NCBI RefSeq assembly: GCF_009914755.1
Contig: NC_060935.1
DNA: 64,000 nucleotides
Direction: 5' to 3' (one strand)
Source of the DNA: the human T2T-CHM13v2.0 reference genome, Homo sapiens
Shown: positions 43,573 to 54,418 of the stretch, piece by piece
How the letters are laid out: each line of letters begins with the position of its first letter
Numbering within the stretch: position 1 is the first letter of the stretch
Notes under the pieces: model-generated
Seen by the model: only the letters and a program-made list of their open reading frames with translations
The model's database searches: none
What the model was told of the DNA's origin: nothing
Program-made: the position numbers and the translations under genes

Positions 43573-44206
43573 CTCTCCTCAGGGGTCTTGCTGTGCTCTT
43601 CCCGGCACTCTGCTGGAGACTTTACTGGCCCCTCCTGGGACCATCCCCTGAAGAGGGTGCTGCCATCCTCATCCCTGGGAGCAGTGGTCGTGCCATAGGT
43701 CCTGGGGCCATATCGCGAGCTGCCATCGTGGTTAAAGGTGAGGCGGGAACCCCACAGGCGGTCGGGGCTGGCAAGGACCTCCTTCCGAGGCTGCTCCATC
43801 TTGGCCAGGATCTCTTCCACCGTGGTGGCCGCGAAGCGCTCTGAGGCTGGGCGGAAAGGGGCAGGGGCCTTCCGTACACCCCCTGGGGCTGCACATCGAG
43901 CTGGGGGTGTCAAAGGGGGTGGCTCCTCTTTCCCAGCCTCCTCTTTCCCAGTCTCTTGGGTGGCTTCTCCTCCAGTGGAGGCCTCAACCGCAGGCCTTGG
44001 TGCAAAGGGAAGGGGGCGCTTGCTGCCACCATAGGGCTGGGGTCCTGCCAGCATGTTCATCTTCCTGGCAGAAGGCAACTCAGCCAGGGGACCCCGGGGA
44101 GGCCGAGGCCCAACAGGCACCAGCAGGCTGGGTTTGGCAGGCAGGGCTGGCTTGGCAGGCAGGGCCCGGGGTTTGGGCTTGACAGGGGGTTTGGCCCGAG
44201 TGTCAC
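43573..44206 (-). CDS. TNKS1BP1: TNKS1BP1 coding exon (DTRAKPPVKPKP...KTPEE)
   Basis: 634 nt within ORF 43569..44315; AG/GT boundaries. Confidence 0.96.
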
Positions 44207-45285
44207 CTACCAAAAGGAAAGGGTTGGTGGGGGAGCTGTCAGAAGAACCAGGAAGCAGAACTTCTTTGTTTCCTGTTCCACCTCCTCTCCCACCCTCCGA
44301 TTTAAGAATATTCACATCTTTCTAGGCACAAGTCATATGCCACCTCTTCCATGAAGCCTTCCTTGATTTTCTACACACATCCCCAAAGCATCTTCTCCCT
44401 TCTTCAAACTCCCAAAATGTCTTAGCCAATTCCCCTTTTAAGCTGAAGCTATTTAAGGACCCACCTGGCACCTTACTTCTTCCTGTACTGTATTTTGCCC
44501 CTAGCATAAGTTATAATTAAACAAAAGAATGAATGAACAAATGAGCCAATAAACAAATGCCTGCCTGTCCCTATCAAGCAGTCAGCCCCCCCATATTCCC
44601 AATCTAGTTTTTTCACCTTATGTGACACTCTTCTCTATCATCCATAGTAAACTTTCAATCTCAGCTGAGCTTCTCTATCCTGCCTCCAGGCTGCCTCCTC
44701 CCCCACCCACAGCACACTCCCAGGCCACCTCCCCACTGTCATCTGGTGTGTGACTGGGAATGCAAACTTACTATTGACCCAAGTCAAACAAAAGTAAATC
44801 TGCTATGGGAAGAAAAAAAAAAACAGGACCAGAAATCTACCTTCTATATAAAGCTAAATGACCTTGGAAGTACCCTCGTCCACAGTCCTCCTGATGGAAT
44901 CCCGTACCTCCTACACATTTGGCTAAATAGAAGAAAAGAGTCTACACAAGGAGCCAGGAGGTCTGGGTTCAAACTCCCACTTGTACACTCCATTTTTCCC
45001 TGTGGGCCTCAGTTTTCCCCTCTGCAAAGCATGCAGCTTGATCCATATCATCTCAAAGGTCCCTGTCTGCTCTTACACCTGTTGGAGATTTATGATCCCA
45101 AACAGTTCTGAAGAGTCTCAAGAGAAGCTGAGAACCTTTCAAACTCATCCTGTACTGCCTTGGTACTCCTTCCCTATCTCAACAGAATCATCACTCAACC
45201 ACCCCCCAAGACAGAAAGAGGGGGCAGCCTCTGTCCTTCCCACCCCCCTCCCAGCCACCTGGCTCCACCCTGCACCCATTAGTAC

Positions 45286-45379
45286 CTGGCTCAGAGCCAG
45301 TAGGCACCAGCTCCTCCTCCATCTCCCGGGGCAGTGGGGAAGCCATGGCTGAGCTTTCCCTGAGAGTAGACACTTTCAT
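45286..45379 (-). CDS. TNKS1BP1: TNKS1BP1 first coding exon (MKVSTLRESS...GSEP); exon acceptor at 45444
   Basis: ATG at 45379-45377, donor CAG|gtacta. Confidence 0.95.
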
Positions 45380-47479
45380 CACATGCGGCAGACCCTCCTT
45401 GAGAGCGGGGAGGCAGAGAGGTATGAGCTGGGGTGGCTGCAGACCTAGGAAAAGAGAGAGAAGAGAAGGAAAAAAAGAGTTGGGCGTTGCCAGTAGGTTT
45501 AGCAGAGAGAAGTCTCCTATTTCTAACAGAGGCAGAGTGTGGGACAGGAAGAGAGAACTTGGAGTGGGGGGGGGGTAGGAGGAGGTCAAGGGAGGTTCCC
45601 AACAGCCATATCCTCAACTCTTCAAAGATCCTCCCCAACTCTTATCTCCTAACCCCAAAGTCCTAGCGCTTCAGGGAGTCACTCACTGCTCCCTCCTCTG
45701 ACAAGCTCTCCAAGACACCCCACTTACAGTCCCCACAGTGCCCCTTGGGTAGGACGGCCCCGCTGGAGGTGTCTACTCAAAGCAGAGCTAGAGAGCTGCA
45801 AAGTATGAAGTCTGTCTGTGAATCACCTCACGGGAGACGGGAAAAACCCGCTCCTCCCCAACCTGGGCTCCGCCCCACTGCCTGCCTCCCCCTTCCCACT
45901 CACCCTCCTTCCCTCTCTCCCTCCCTCCCGCAGCTGGGAGTGGTTCCTTCTCCCCCCTCTCCCTGTTCTCCTTCCACATCCCTGCCCCACTCTCTCCCCT
46001 CCCTCAGAACTGTCTCATCCAAACACGGAAAAATAAGGAATAAAAAGTAAACATCTGGAATATATTTTTTTCTTTAATTTCTCAATCGCTTGGCTTCAGC
46101 TTGGAATTTGATGAGGTAAAGCCAGGGCCTAGTCCTGTTGCCATAGCAATGGCCTCCCACTGGATTTCCAGGGCCTAGCCAAGAGGAAGGAGGAGCCGGC
46201 CCAGGCCTGGGCTGGGAGAACGGGACAGGGCTTGAGAACATCCGGGGGGTGGAGTGACTTGGGGGAAAATTCCCTGGGGCTCCACCTTCCACGACAGTCA
46301 GGGTGGAGCAGCCACAGCCTATGTATGAAAAGGGGTTATGTGGGCTTCACTCACCAGCCTAGGGTTGGCTTTAAGGAGTTCTGAGGGGGACAGAAGAAAT
46401 TAAACCAAGAGGCACAGCCTGGTGGTAGAAGCCTGTCACATGAGCTTCAGGATCTGATATACCAAGATTCAGTGCTGGGTGGGTCTACCACTTTCTAGCC
46501 CTGTGACTTCTCCAAGCCTCAGTTTCTCCAACTGAAAAATGGGATTATTGAGACCCTGAGGGGGCTTACATGAAATAGTACATGAAATAGGCTTAGCACA
46601 ATGCCTAGCACATAATAAGTGTTCAACAAATGTTGCCTATTATTACTGTGATTCCATTCAGTGTCACCAATGAGCTAACATCCCTGATAACCACCTCCTC
46701 CTCTTCCCTGACCCCAGGCTACCAGCATTCCCAGACCATTCCTTCACTCTCCCAGGCCCTAGTCCTGTCACCTGTTCTTCAGATACTCCAACCACCTCCT
46801 CAGTTCCCATCCTGACTCCTGAAGCACTCTCCCACCCACAAAAACATGGAGACCCTGGGGGATAGGGCCCTGCACCTCTCATGCAAGGCGGAAGTTTCCC
46901 TCACCTGGTATGCAGAGCCCTGAGGACAACCCAAACTTCTCCAACCTGCAAGGGGCATTGCCTCACTTAAAGTCACCCACTCCAGCTGGTCTGGGAAGAC
47001 AGCACCAAATCCTTAAAAGGGACCCCCAGTGCTCATCCTCTGCAAAATCCAACACCCCTCCCCTAACGCTGACCCTGCCCCAGGTGTTTCAAAGATGGGA
47101 GAGGGTATGAAGACAGTAGAGAAACCCAGTACTGTCAACCCATTGGTCAGTTAACCACCACGGAAGACTGCCCACTGTGGGTGGGTGAATAACTGTGCAG
47201 AGCCAGGCCAAGTGTGGTGGGGGGAGGGGCACATGATAGAAAAAATAAAATTAAAACACAAGATTGTTTCCTTGTCCTTGAACATTATTACTAGGAACAT
47301 AGTGTGGGTGGTTGGAGATGGAAATTAATTGGCTCAGAACCAAAAAAATCCTTTCACCTGGGGTTCTGATGGGCCCCTCTGCGGTATGAGGGGCTGCAGC
47401 AATGAAGGCGGGCTCAGAGTCCCCAGGTGCGGAGGTGGCCACAGCAACTCAGAGACCCCAGCCAGGGGCCCCAGGTGAC

Positions 47480-48850
47480 CAAGGCCACCAAGGCTGTGGC
47501 CAGAAGCTGCGATTCGCAGCGGTTCTGAGCACTCCCCACCCTCAAGAGACCAGGGGGTAGAGGGTAGCAGGGTAGAAACGAGCTGACCCCTGGCAGATAA
47601 GGCCTCCAGAAGGGCTGGGCAGCTCCAGCCCCGGAGGGGACTCGGCGCAGGCGGGGTCGCCCCTATGGACCCCAGGATCTCCAGCCGGATCCGAGGCTAG
47701 AGAGGTCGGCAGGGACAGCACGTAAACTGCTGGAAAGAGGGAGGGCCAACGGGAAGATGGAACAGCCCCGGGCAATGGGCTGTCTGGAGGGGCCCAGTGG
47801 GGAGCTCTGGACACAGAAGGGACGGCGGCAGCCGAAGAGGAGGAGGAGGAGGGGGCTGCGGTGGCGGCAGAAGCGGAGGACCTGTGAGCGGGCTGTGAAG
47901 CAGCCGGCGAACAGACGGTGGGCTGCAGACGTCGATCAGGTGGGGGCGGACTGGGGTGGCTGGGGGCGTGCCGAAGGAGCCGGGGGAGGGGGCTAGCGCG
48001 GCCCGGGGGAAGGGGAGGCAGGGGTCCCTCCAGCGGCTCTGCCCGCCCCCGGCCCCGCCCCAAGCCCTCGCCCCCTCCCCCCTTTCTTCTGGCTCTGCCA
48101 GCACGAGCTCCAAGCCATGCGCCCTCCGCCTCCGCGCACACGCGCCACCTTCCCCCGGGCCTCCAGCGTCCCCAGCGCCCTCGGCCCCTGCAAACTTTCC
48201 TGGTGACCCCCCGACCACCACCACCTCAACCCGAGGTGTCGGCTGGAAAGCACCCACTCCTTCCATGCCCCTCCCCTGCCCCATCCCGGACCCCGCCCCC
48301 TCCTTCGCCCGACCGCCCCCGCGCACTCACGCGCTCGCCCGGGGTCCGGCTCCGCTCGGCTCGGGGCCCCGATGCCAGTCCCCGCCGCCGCCGCCGCTGC
48401 TACCGCCGCCGCCGCCGCCGTCACCGCGGGACGAAGCCACTGCGAGCCCCGGCGGGGCCCCGCCCCAACTCCGCCCAGGTCCACGCCCCCAGGGCGCTTC
48501 ATGAATATGCATGAGCCGGTTGGAACCCGGGAGTGGGAAGCCCGTGCAGAATTCGTCCCACCGTCGGCAAACAGGCGCGGCCCAGCACTCAATTATTCAT
48601 GAGGCTTGCAGATGAGGGGCCCGCCCCAGTCTCAGACCGGGGCGAAACTGACGCAATTCAGCCGGGAGCGCTCGGGTAAAATGGCCACCGAGACGACTGC
48701 CTAGAGAAACTGCCTTGGCGGCCCCTCCCGGGCTCCGCCGCCTGCACAGAGCACAGTATCATCGAGCTACGCCGGCAAGAAGGTAGCCGCCGGCTGACTG
48801 AAGCGGCTTCCTGATACAACCACCTGAGTGCTGAGAACGCGCGCAACGTG
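47480..48850. promoter_or_regulatory. TNKS1BP1: CpG island / TNKS1BP1 promoter; non-coding exon 1 ~48331-48445 (donor CGC|gtgagt)
   Basis: High GC and CpG density, GC boxes at ~48458-48490. Confidence 0.85.
48382..48420 (-). repeat. Interrupted CCG/CGG repeat in the TNKS1BP1 5' UTR
   Basis: (CCG)5 CTG CTA (CCG)6 on the + strand. Confidence 0.9.
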
Positions 48851-49496
48851 GCCACCCTCCTGTGTCAATTCAGATTTAGAGCCACCGTGAAGAAGTCTGG
48901 CAGCTCTGCATTCCTCATTAGTGACCTTTATCTCCTTTTAGGCCCCTTCTCAGACATGGGTTCCTCCCTACACTGAAGTTTGTATACCCCCTTCTTCCCG
49001 TAAGAACAAAAGCTTCACATATAACTCCGTACTTTGTTGCACCACCACCAGGCTGCAACCACCACCACTCTACGCACACGCTCATCCTCCCCGACTCTCC
49101 AGGCTCAGGTTTCCACTCCCCCGGCTGCGGGAAGGACAGTCAATCCTGATTTCATTATCGAAAGCCTTGGAAGACCCTTGACTCATAGGTAAGGATGCAG
49201 CCAAGAGCTGCCTCCCCCTAGCTTGGTTGGCTAATGGAGTGTAACTGGGAGAAACTTCCTAATCAGATCAGCTCTCATTTCTAGACTCTCAGGTGGCCCA
49301 TCCGGGCAGAGGCGGGTGAAAACCAATGCTCGTCCAGCCGGGAACAGAACAGGATGTACCTCGAGACTTGCTTCCCGGCTGGCCAGGAAGGCCCTGCCCA
49401 GTCTGACCAGAGCAGTAAACACCACCAATAAAAGTGGGAGCAACACACCAAGGCTACAAAGAAAGCATGAGGACATGGTTTCCAAAGTCAGTTCCC

Positions 49497-49502
49497 TTTA
49501 TT
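49497..49502 (-). terminator. SSRP1: SSRP1 polyadenylation signal AATAAA
   Basis: tttatt about 400 nt downstream of the stop. Confidence 0.85.
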
Positions 49503-49897
49503 AAATCATTTTCACAGACCAGAAATACAAAATGAAAGTAGAAATAGGCCCCAGGTAGGAGCTACAGGCCTGGCCTCACATGACCCCTGCTCCAGCAACT
49601 TGAACAGGACAAGCAGCAGCTACATCCTTAAGGTCGGGAAAGTAAGATGAGGATTTGGATCCTGCATTGCCCTGCCTCCCACCCTATCTCTCCCCAAATT
49701 ATAAACAGCCATCCTTGGGAAGCAGCAGAGTTAAGACGTCTCCCCACTGCCCTAGTGACATACACACCAACAGGAGAGCATGTTCAGATGGCACAGAATC
49801 CAGGGACTGCATTTCATGAGGAGAAACTGGTACCAAAATATGGGTGGGGAGTCGGGGGGTGTGAGAAGGCAAGCGCAAAGAGAACCTTCCTCCGTTT

Positions 49898-49969
49898 CTA
49901 CTCATCGGATCCTGACGCTGAGTCCTCTGAGCTGGGGGGAGTACTGGCTAGTTCTTCTTCTTCAGAGTC
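49898..49969 (-). CDS. SSRP1: SSRP1 last coding exon (DSEEEELAS...SGSDE*)
   Basis: cag acceptor, TAG at 49898-49900. Confidence 0.96.
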   Translation of the reverse strand, partial: DSEEEELASTPPSSEDSASGSDE

Positions 49970-50193
49970 CTGAAAACCAAAGGTGTCTTAAGGGAAAAGC
50001 TGGAGTCCTGGGTGCCCCACCCACTCTTCAGTGAAGGGCCCGCAATTCCCTACCGCCCCCAACTACAGCACCCCCCTTCAGAACCTCAGAATTCCACCAT
50101 CCACTCCAACTCATTACTCTTACAGACCAACCCCACACAGACACACATGCCCCTCACCCTGCCCAGCCCACAGGCCCCACATTCCTGCCGCAC

Positions 50194-50380
50194 CTCGCTC
50201 CTCCTCCTCTTCTTTTTGCTCTTGTTCTCTCCCGAAGAGCTCTCATCACTAGACACAAACTCTTTGCTCTTGAAGCTCTCGCTTAGCTGCCTTGAGGACG
50301 ACTTGGATGATGAGCCCCTAGAGGGCGTGGATTTCTTTTCCATCTTTACCTTTACTTTCTTCTTCTTCTTTGACTTGTCC
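50194..50380 (-). CDS. SSRP1: SSRP1 exon (DKSKKKKKV...RRRSE)
   Basis: 187 nt, AG/GT. Confidence 0.96.
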
Positions 50381-50916
50381 CTGTATTGGCAAGAGGGAAG
50401 AGGAGCTGGGCCTTCAGGTCCCCTGTCACCATGACCAAACCTCTCCCAGCTTTAACAAGGCCTTTCCCAATCCCAGCCACACAGCCCATTTCACTCTGAA
50501 CGTAAATAGCTGCGTCAGCCTGAAGGGCACCAAGGGAGAGTATCATGAGTACACCAGAAGAATCAGAGGGCACAGCCTAAAGCAGCCCAATGTGCAAAAC
50601 CTACTTGACATTTCTTGCTTTATCTTTTAGAGTTCATGCAAACTGTGCACTGCACTCCATAATAGTATTTTTTTCGTTCCCCCATACCTTCAAATAAAAT
50701 GGTCCAGGAAAAGAGGCCATATTTCCCCAGTGACTTGAATGCCCTATTGTGTCACCCATACTTGGGCAATGGCCTACCCAGGTTTGAGAAGCACTACCCT
50801 ACTGCAGTCAGAAGCATCTCTGCTGTCTTTAACTTTCCAATGCCTAACTTCGGCCTGTTAAAAAAAAAAAAGTCTGCCACAAAAATCAGTGACTGGGCCA
50901 TGTTCTCGACACTCAC

Positions 50917-51005
50917 CTCTTAGAAGACTCGCCTCGGCCCCCTTCATATTCTTTCATGGCTTTTTCATAGTCCCTCCTGGCATCCTCAGCCTTGCGATCC
51001 CACTC
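50917..51005 (-). CDS. SSRP1: SSRP1 exon (EWDRKAEDA...GESSK), HMG box C-terminal part
   Basis: 89 nt, AG/GT. Confidence 0.96.
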
Positions 51006-51202
51006 CTGTCTCACACACAGAAAAAAACAGTTAAGAATAAGACCTCTCCCATCTCCCCTCTCCCCTGATGCAGGCAAAATCGATACAGAAAGTCCCACCA
51101 ATGGCTCATACTGCTCCCCTATCAGTCATGAGACTCGCCACCCCAAGACAGCACCTCTCGCCAGCCCATGAGAGGCATCACCCCTCCTCTGCTGCTACTC
51201 AC

Positions 51203-51373
51203 CTCTTTCTTCTCTTTGGACATTCCCTTCCAGATCTCGCCTGCCTTCTTGGAAAGATCCGTGATGCTGATGCCAGGATGGTCTGACTTGATCTTCTCTC
51301 GGCTGGCATTGAGCCACAGCATGTATGCAGACATGGGCCTCTTGGGGGCATTGGGGTCTTTGCCCTTCTTCAC
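51203..51373 (-). CDS. SSRP1: SSRP1 exon (VKKGKDPNAPKRPMSAY...KEKKE), HMG box
   Basis: 171 nt, AG/GT; PKRPMSAY HMG signature. Confidence 0.97.
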
Positions 51374-51787
51374 CTACATAAGAACCCAAATGCCTTCAGC
51401 TATTTCCCACAGAACCCATACATTTTCCCAAATAAATTATTTAGATCACTTAACTTGGAGAAAAAGTGGAGGACTAAATAGCATCAGGCGAGACGAGAGC
51501 TCCCTAAGGGCAAGGATAGTATCTCCTTCCCCTCTGCAATTCAGTGCCTAGCTTACCAGGACAGAAGCCCATCTCCTAATTCAGACCTTCCAGAAGCTTA
51601 TTAATCTCAGGGCTAGTGAGAAAAATTTCCAAGAAGATAACCCTCAAGGCTATAATCACTGGCTATAAAAAACAGCCCCAAGGAAGAACAGGTCCTACTG
51701 GTGGTGGACAGGAGAAGGTAAAGAGAATGCCTCCCACGCCCCCCACCCACTGCACCACACACAGGCCCTCCCATCTACAGTCTGCAC

Positions 51788-51917
51788 CTCCACAGGCTTC
51801 TTGCGGCTCTTGCGGTCCTTGGCCATCTTGGCCTTTTTGAGCTGTTTCCGCTTCTTCTCATCCCGGTCACTGTCACCCTCATTACTGGAGGAGCTGGCAG
51901 AGGCGTTGCTGTCAAAC
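51788..51917 (-). CDS. SSRP1: SSRP1 exon (FDSNASA...KKPVE)
   Basis: 130 nt, AG/GT. Confidence 0.96.
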
Positions 51918-52350
51918 CTGCCAGAGAACAAGCCAGGCTTAGACTTGAGGAGGGAAGACAGGACCCCACGGCCTCAGGACAGGAGGAAGACAAATCCAAA
52001 GATACCCACCCAAAAGGGGCAAGGGAGGAAGACCAGAGGACAGTATCCACCACCAATCCCCAACACTGCTTTCTCCCATTCACTGTGGTGGCTTCAGCCA
52101 TGCCCTCTCCAGACCCAGCCACAGCAATTGGTTACTTGATTGGAATTAATGAATGAAAAACAAATCAATGAGCTTCAGCGGATCTCCCTGGGCATGGCCA
52201 AACCAGGTCCTAGTCCATCCCCAGGACACCACTGGCAGAAACACTGCCTCATTCATGCCTGGAACATGGCCCAAATCCACTTCACCACTTCCCTCGGAGT
52301 AATCACCTTAATCTACCCTATAGTCTTTTTTGTCTTCTTTTTTTTTCCAT

Positions 52351-52452
52351 GTCAGATGGGTAATGTGTCAACATCGTAACAAGGCTGGAGGGTGGCACAT
52401 TTCACACACGCACGTAACACCCAACCATTATGTTTATGAACTACAAAAGGAT
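52351..52452 (-). pseudogene. U13 (SNORD13) snoRNA retrocopy in an SSRP1 intron
   Basis: Reverse strand atccttttgtagttcat...gtgccaccct...ccttgttacgat...cacattacccatctgac matches U13; A-rich tail at ~52326-52346; box C degenerate. Confidence 0.85.
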
Positions 52453-53583
52453 TGGCCCCTACAGTCTTCTGATGAAAAGATAATCAGTTACTACAAAAAG
52501 AGGAAAACCAACTTCAGTCCAACCCAGTGCCTACCCCTGTAATTGACAGTCTTGTCTGATATATGTGAAACTCCTCAAACAATGCAACTACCTTACACCT
52601 GTATGCTGCTGGACAGTCTTCAAGGCACTTTCACAAGTATTTGCTCATTAAACCTTCATAAACCTTCATAAACATGTGGCAGGCTGAACTAGAGGACTCC
52701 TGTTGGGTGTTTTTTTTGCTGCCCGACATTCTTTTACAATCCTTCTGGATTAAGAGAGCAGAGTCCCAATTTTCTGTTGGGAACCACCTTGCCCCCACTC
52801 AGGAAGGGCTTACCCCAACCACAGGCTCTAAGGGTGGGCACTTGGCCTATTTCTGGCCCATCAGACCCCGGCCCATTCTAATAACTCAGGCTAGAAAGGG
52901 GCAGGTAACCACTGTGTTCACTATGCTGTTCACCAAAAGAGGCACTTCTGGTGTTGTTTTAAACCAGTAGGATTAAGCCTGCCCTGAGCTTCTGAGAGTC
53001 ACTGGGCACCCCATGGGGTAAACCTATTTTTAATTAAGGAAATCGGAAGAAATAGATTTGAGCGCCTGAATCCAGTAGTGTCTGAAGCCAATTAAATCCC
53101 CAGACTCCGCAGTAATATGAACTTATGAAATTCCCTTTTATATGTTCCCTTTTAAAGTGAGAGTGAATCACATTTCTGACACTGCTAACAAAAAGTCTTA
53201 ACCAATTTAGCAGGGGTACTACTGCATTTCTACTGATGAGGAAATTGAGATTCAATGACTTACTCGACAACCCCCAGCAAGTAAGTGGCAAGCACCAGCT
53301 CATTCCCATTCTCTCCTCATCCAACTACGAACCAGCCCCAACTGGCACATTCAGGGCGGTATGGCCATAGATCCCACTATACTTTTCCGACTTCAAAATA
53401 TGTCTTGCACTTACAAAGCCCTTGACAATTTCCAAAACATTTTCGTATATCACCTCATTGGAGGTCACTCTCCCATTCTGGGTCAGTAGCTAATGCTGGG
53501 ACCTGAGAAATGTCCAGAAATCTTCTGGTCCCTTAAGCTTATGGGTCACCATCTTATCCCCACAAGGTACCACCAAAACTCAC

Positions 53584-53629
53584 TCCTCTGCCACATCTTC
53601 CTCCTCTTCACCTGGGTTGAATGACTCAT
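53584..53629 (-). CDS. SSRP1: SSRP1 exon (ESFNPGEEEEDVAE)
   Basis: 46 nt, AG/GT. Confidence 0.95.
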
Positions 53630-53781
53630 CTGAAAAAGGGCACAGGATGCATCAGCTTCTGCCCCAATGGAAATCCCCCCACCTCACCCAGGCACCCAGC
53701 TCTGGCCCAAGGGTGAGTCCAGCCCGGGCCACAGCGAGGAGCGTCTGACCATCCTCGTGCTCAGCACGGAGGCTAACCCAC

Positions 53782-53920
53782 CGGTTTCTTCTCCTGAGTC
53801 ATCGCTGCTGTCATTGGCATTCTCCTCCCGGATCTTGCCTTCCTCCTTCATCCTCTCCAAGTAGGCATCATGCTGGTCCTCATCAGAGTCAGCATATTCA
53901 TCGTAGCTTGGGTTCATGCC
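53782..53920 (-). CDS. SSRP1: SSRP1 exon (GMNPSYDEY...SGEET), acidic region
   Basis: 139 nt, AG/GT. Confidence 0.96.
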
Positions 53921-54223
53921 CTAGCCAGGGAAGAGTTCACAGTGGGGCCAACTCACCCTCGAGCCAGAATCCCTGCACACTCAAAAGCACACCCCCATGC
54001 CTGTCAAGTCAGAGCAGCAGCTCCCAGAAGACCTGGGGCTGGATTGTCCACACACAGCCAACGTGCAGGGCCTATGCCCAAGTACTTCCTGCCAACTGGG
54101 TTAGTCCAAGCCCCAAGCCCCTCCCTCTCCCAGCCCCACTGGGGGCTCCTGAGGGGCTGCATAGACTGGTCTAAGGTCATGCAGAGGAAACCTGCACCAG
54201 GAGGGGGAAAGGGTCACACGCAC

Positions 54224-54232
54224 CTCTTTTTT
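54224..54232 (-). CDS. SSRP1: Candidate 9-nt SSRP1 microexon (KKE)
   Basis: Long polypyrimidine tract, tag|AAAAAAGAG|gtgcgt, phase 0 on both sides. Confidence 0.6.
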
Positions 54233-54345
54233 CTATAAGGGTAAGAAGAGAAGAAAGAGTGAAAAAGAAGCCGGAAAAAATCTCCACCCCTTTCTCCCCT
54301 ATAGAAAGACCAGGAGAGGGTCTCATCCTCCCCACACAGAAGTAC

Positions 54346-54418
54346 CTCTTTCAATCCTCGGTTTTTGATGTTGAGCTTTTTCGCGTTGACAAAATCAAAC
54401 AGTTTCCCGTACTCCTCC
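54346..54418 (-). CDS. SSRP1: SSRP1 exon (EEYGKLFDF...RGLKE)
   Basis: 73 nt, AG/GT. Confidence 0.96.

Noticed and set aside
47542-48602. Six-frame ORFs of about 180-210 aa over the TNKS1BP1 promoter
   Set aside because: Expected from stop-poor GC-rich CpG island sequence; low-complexity G/P/A/R products with no recognisable domain.
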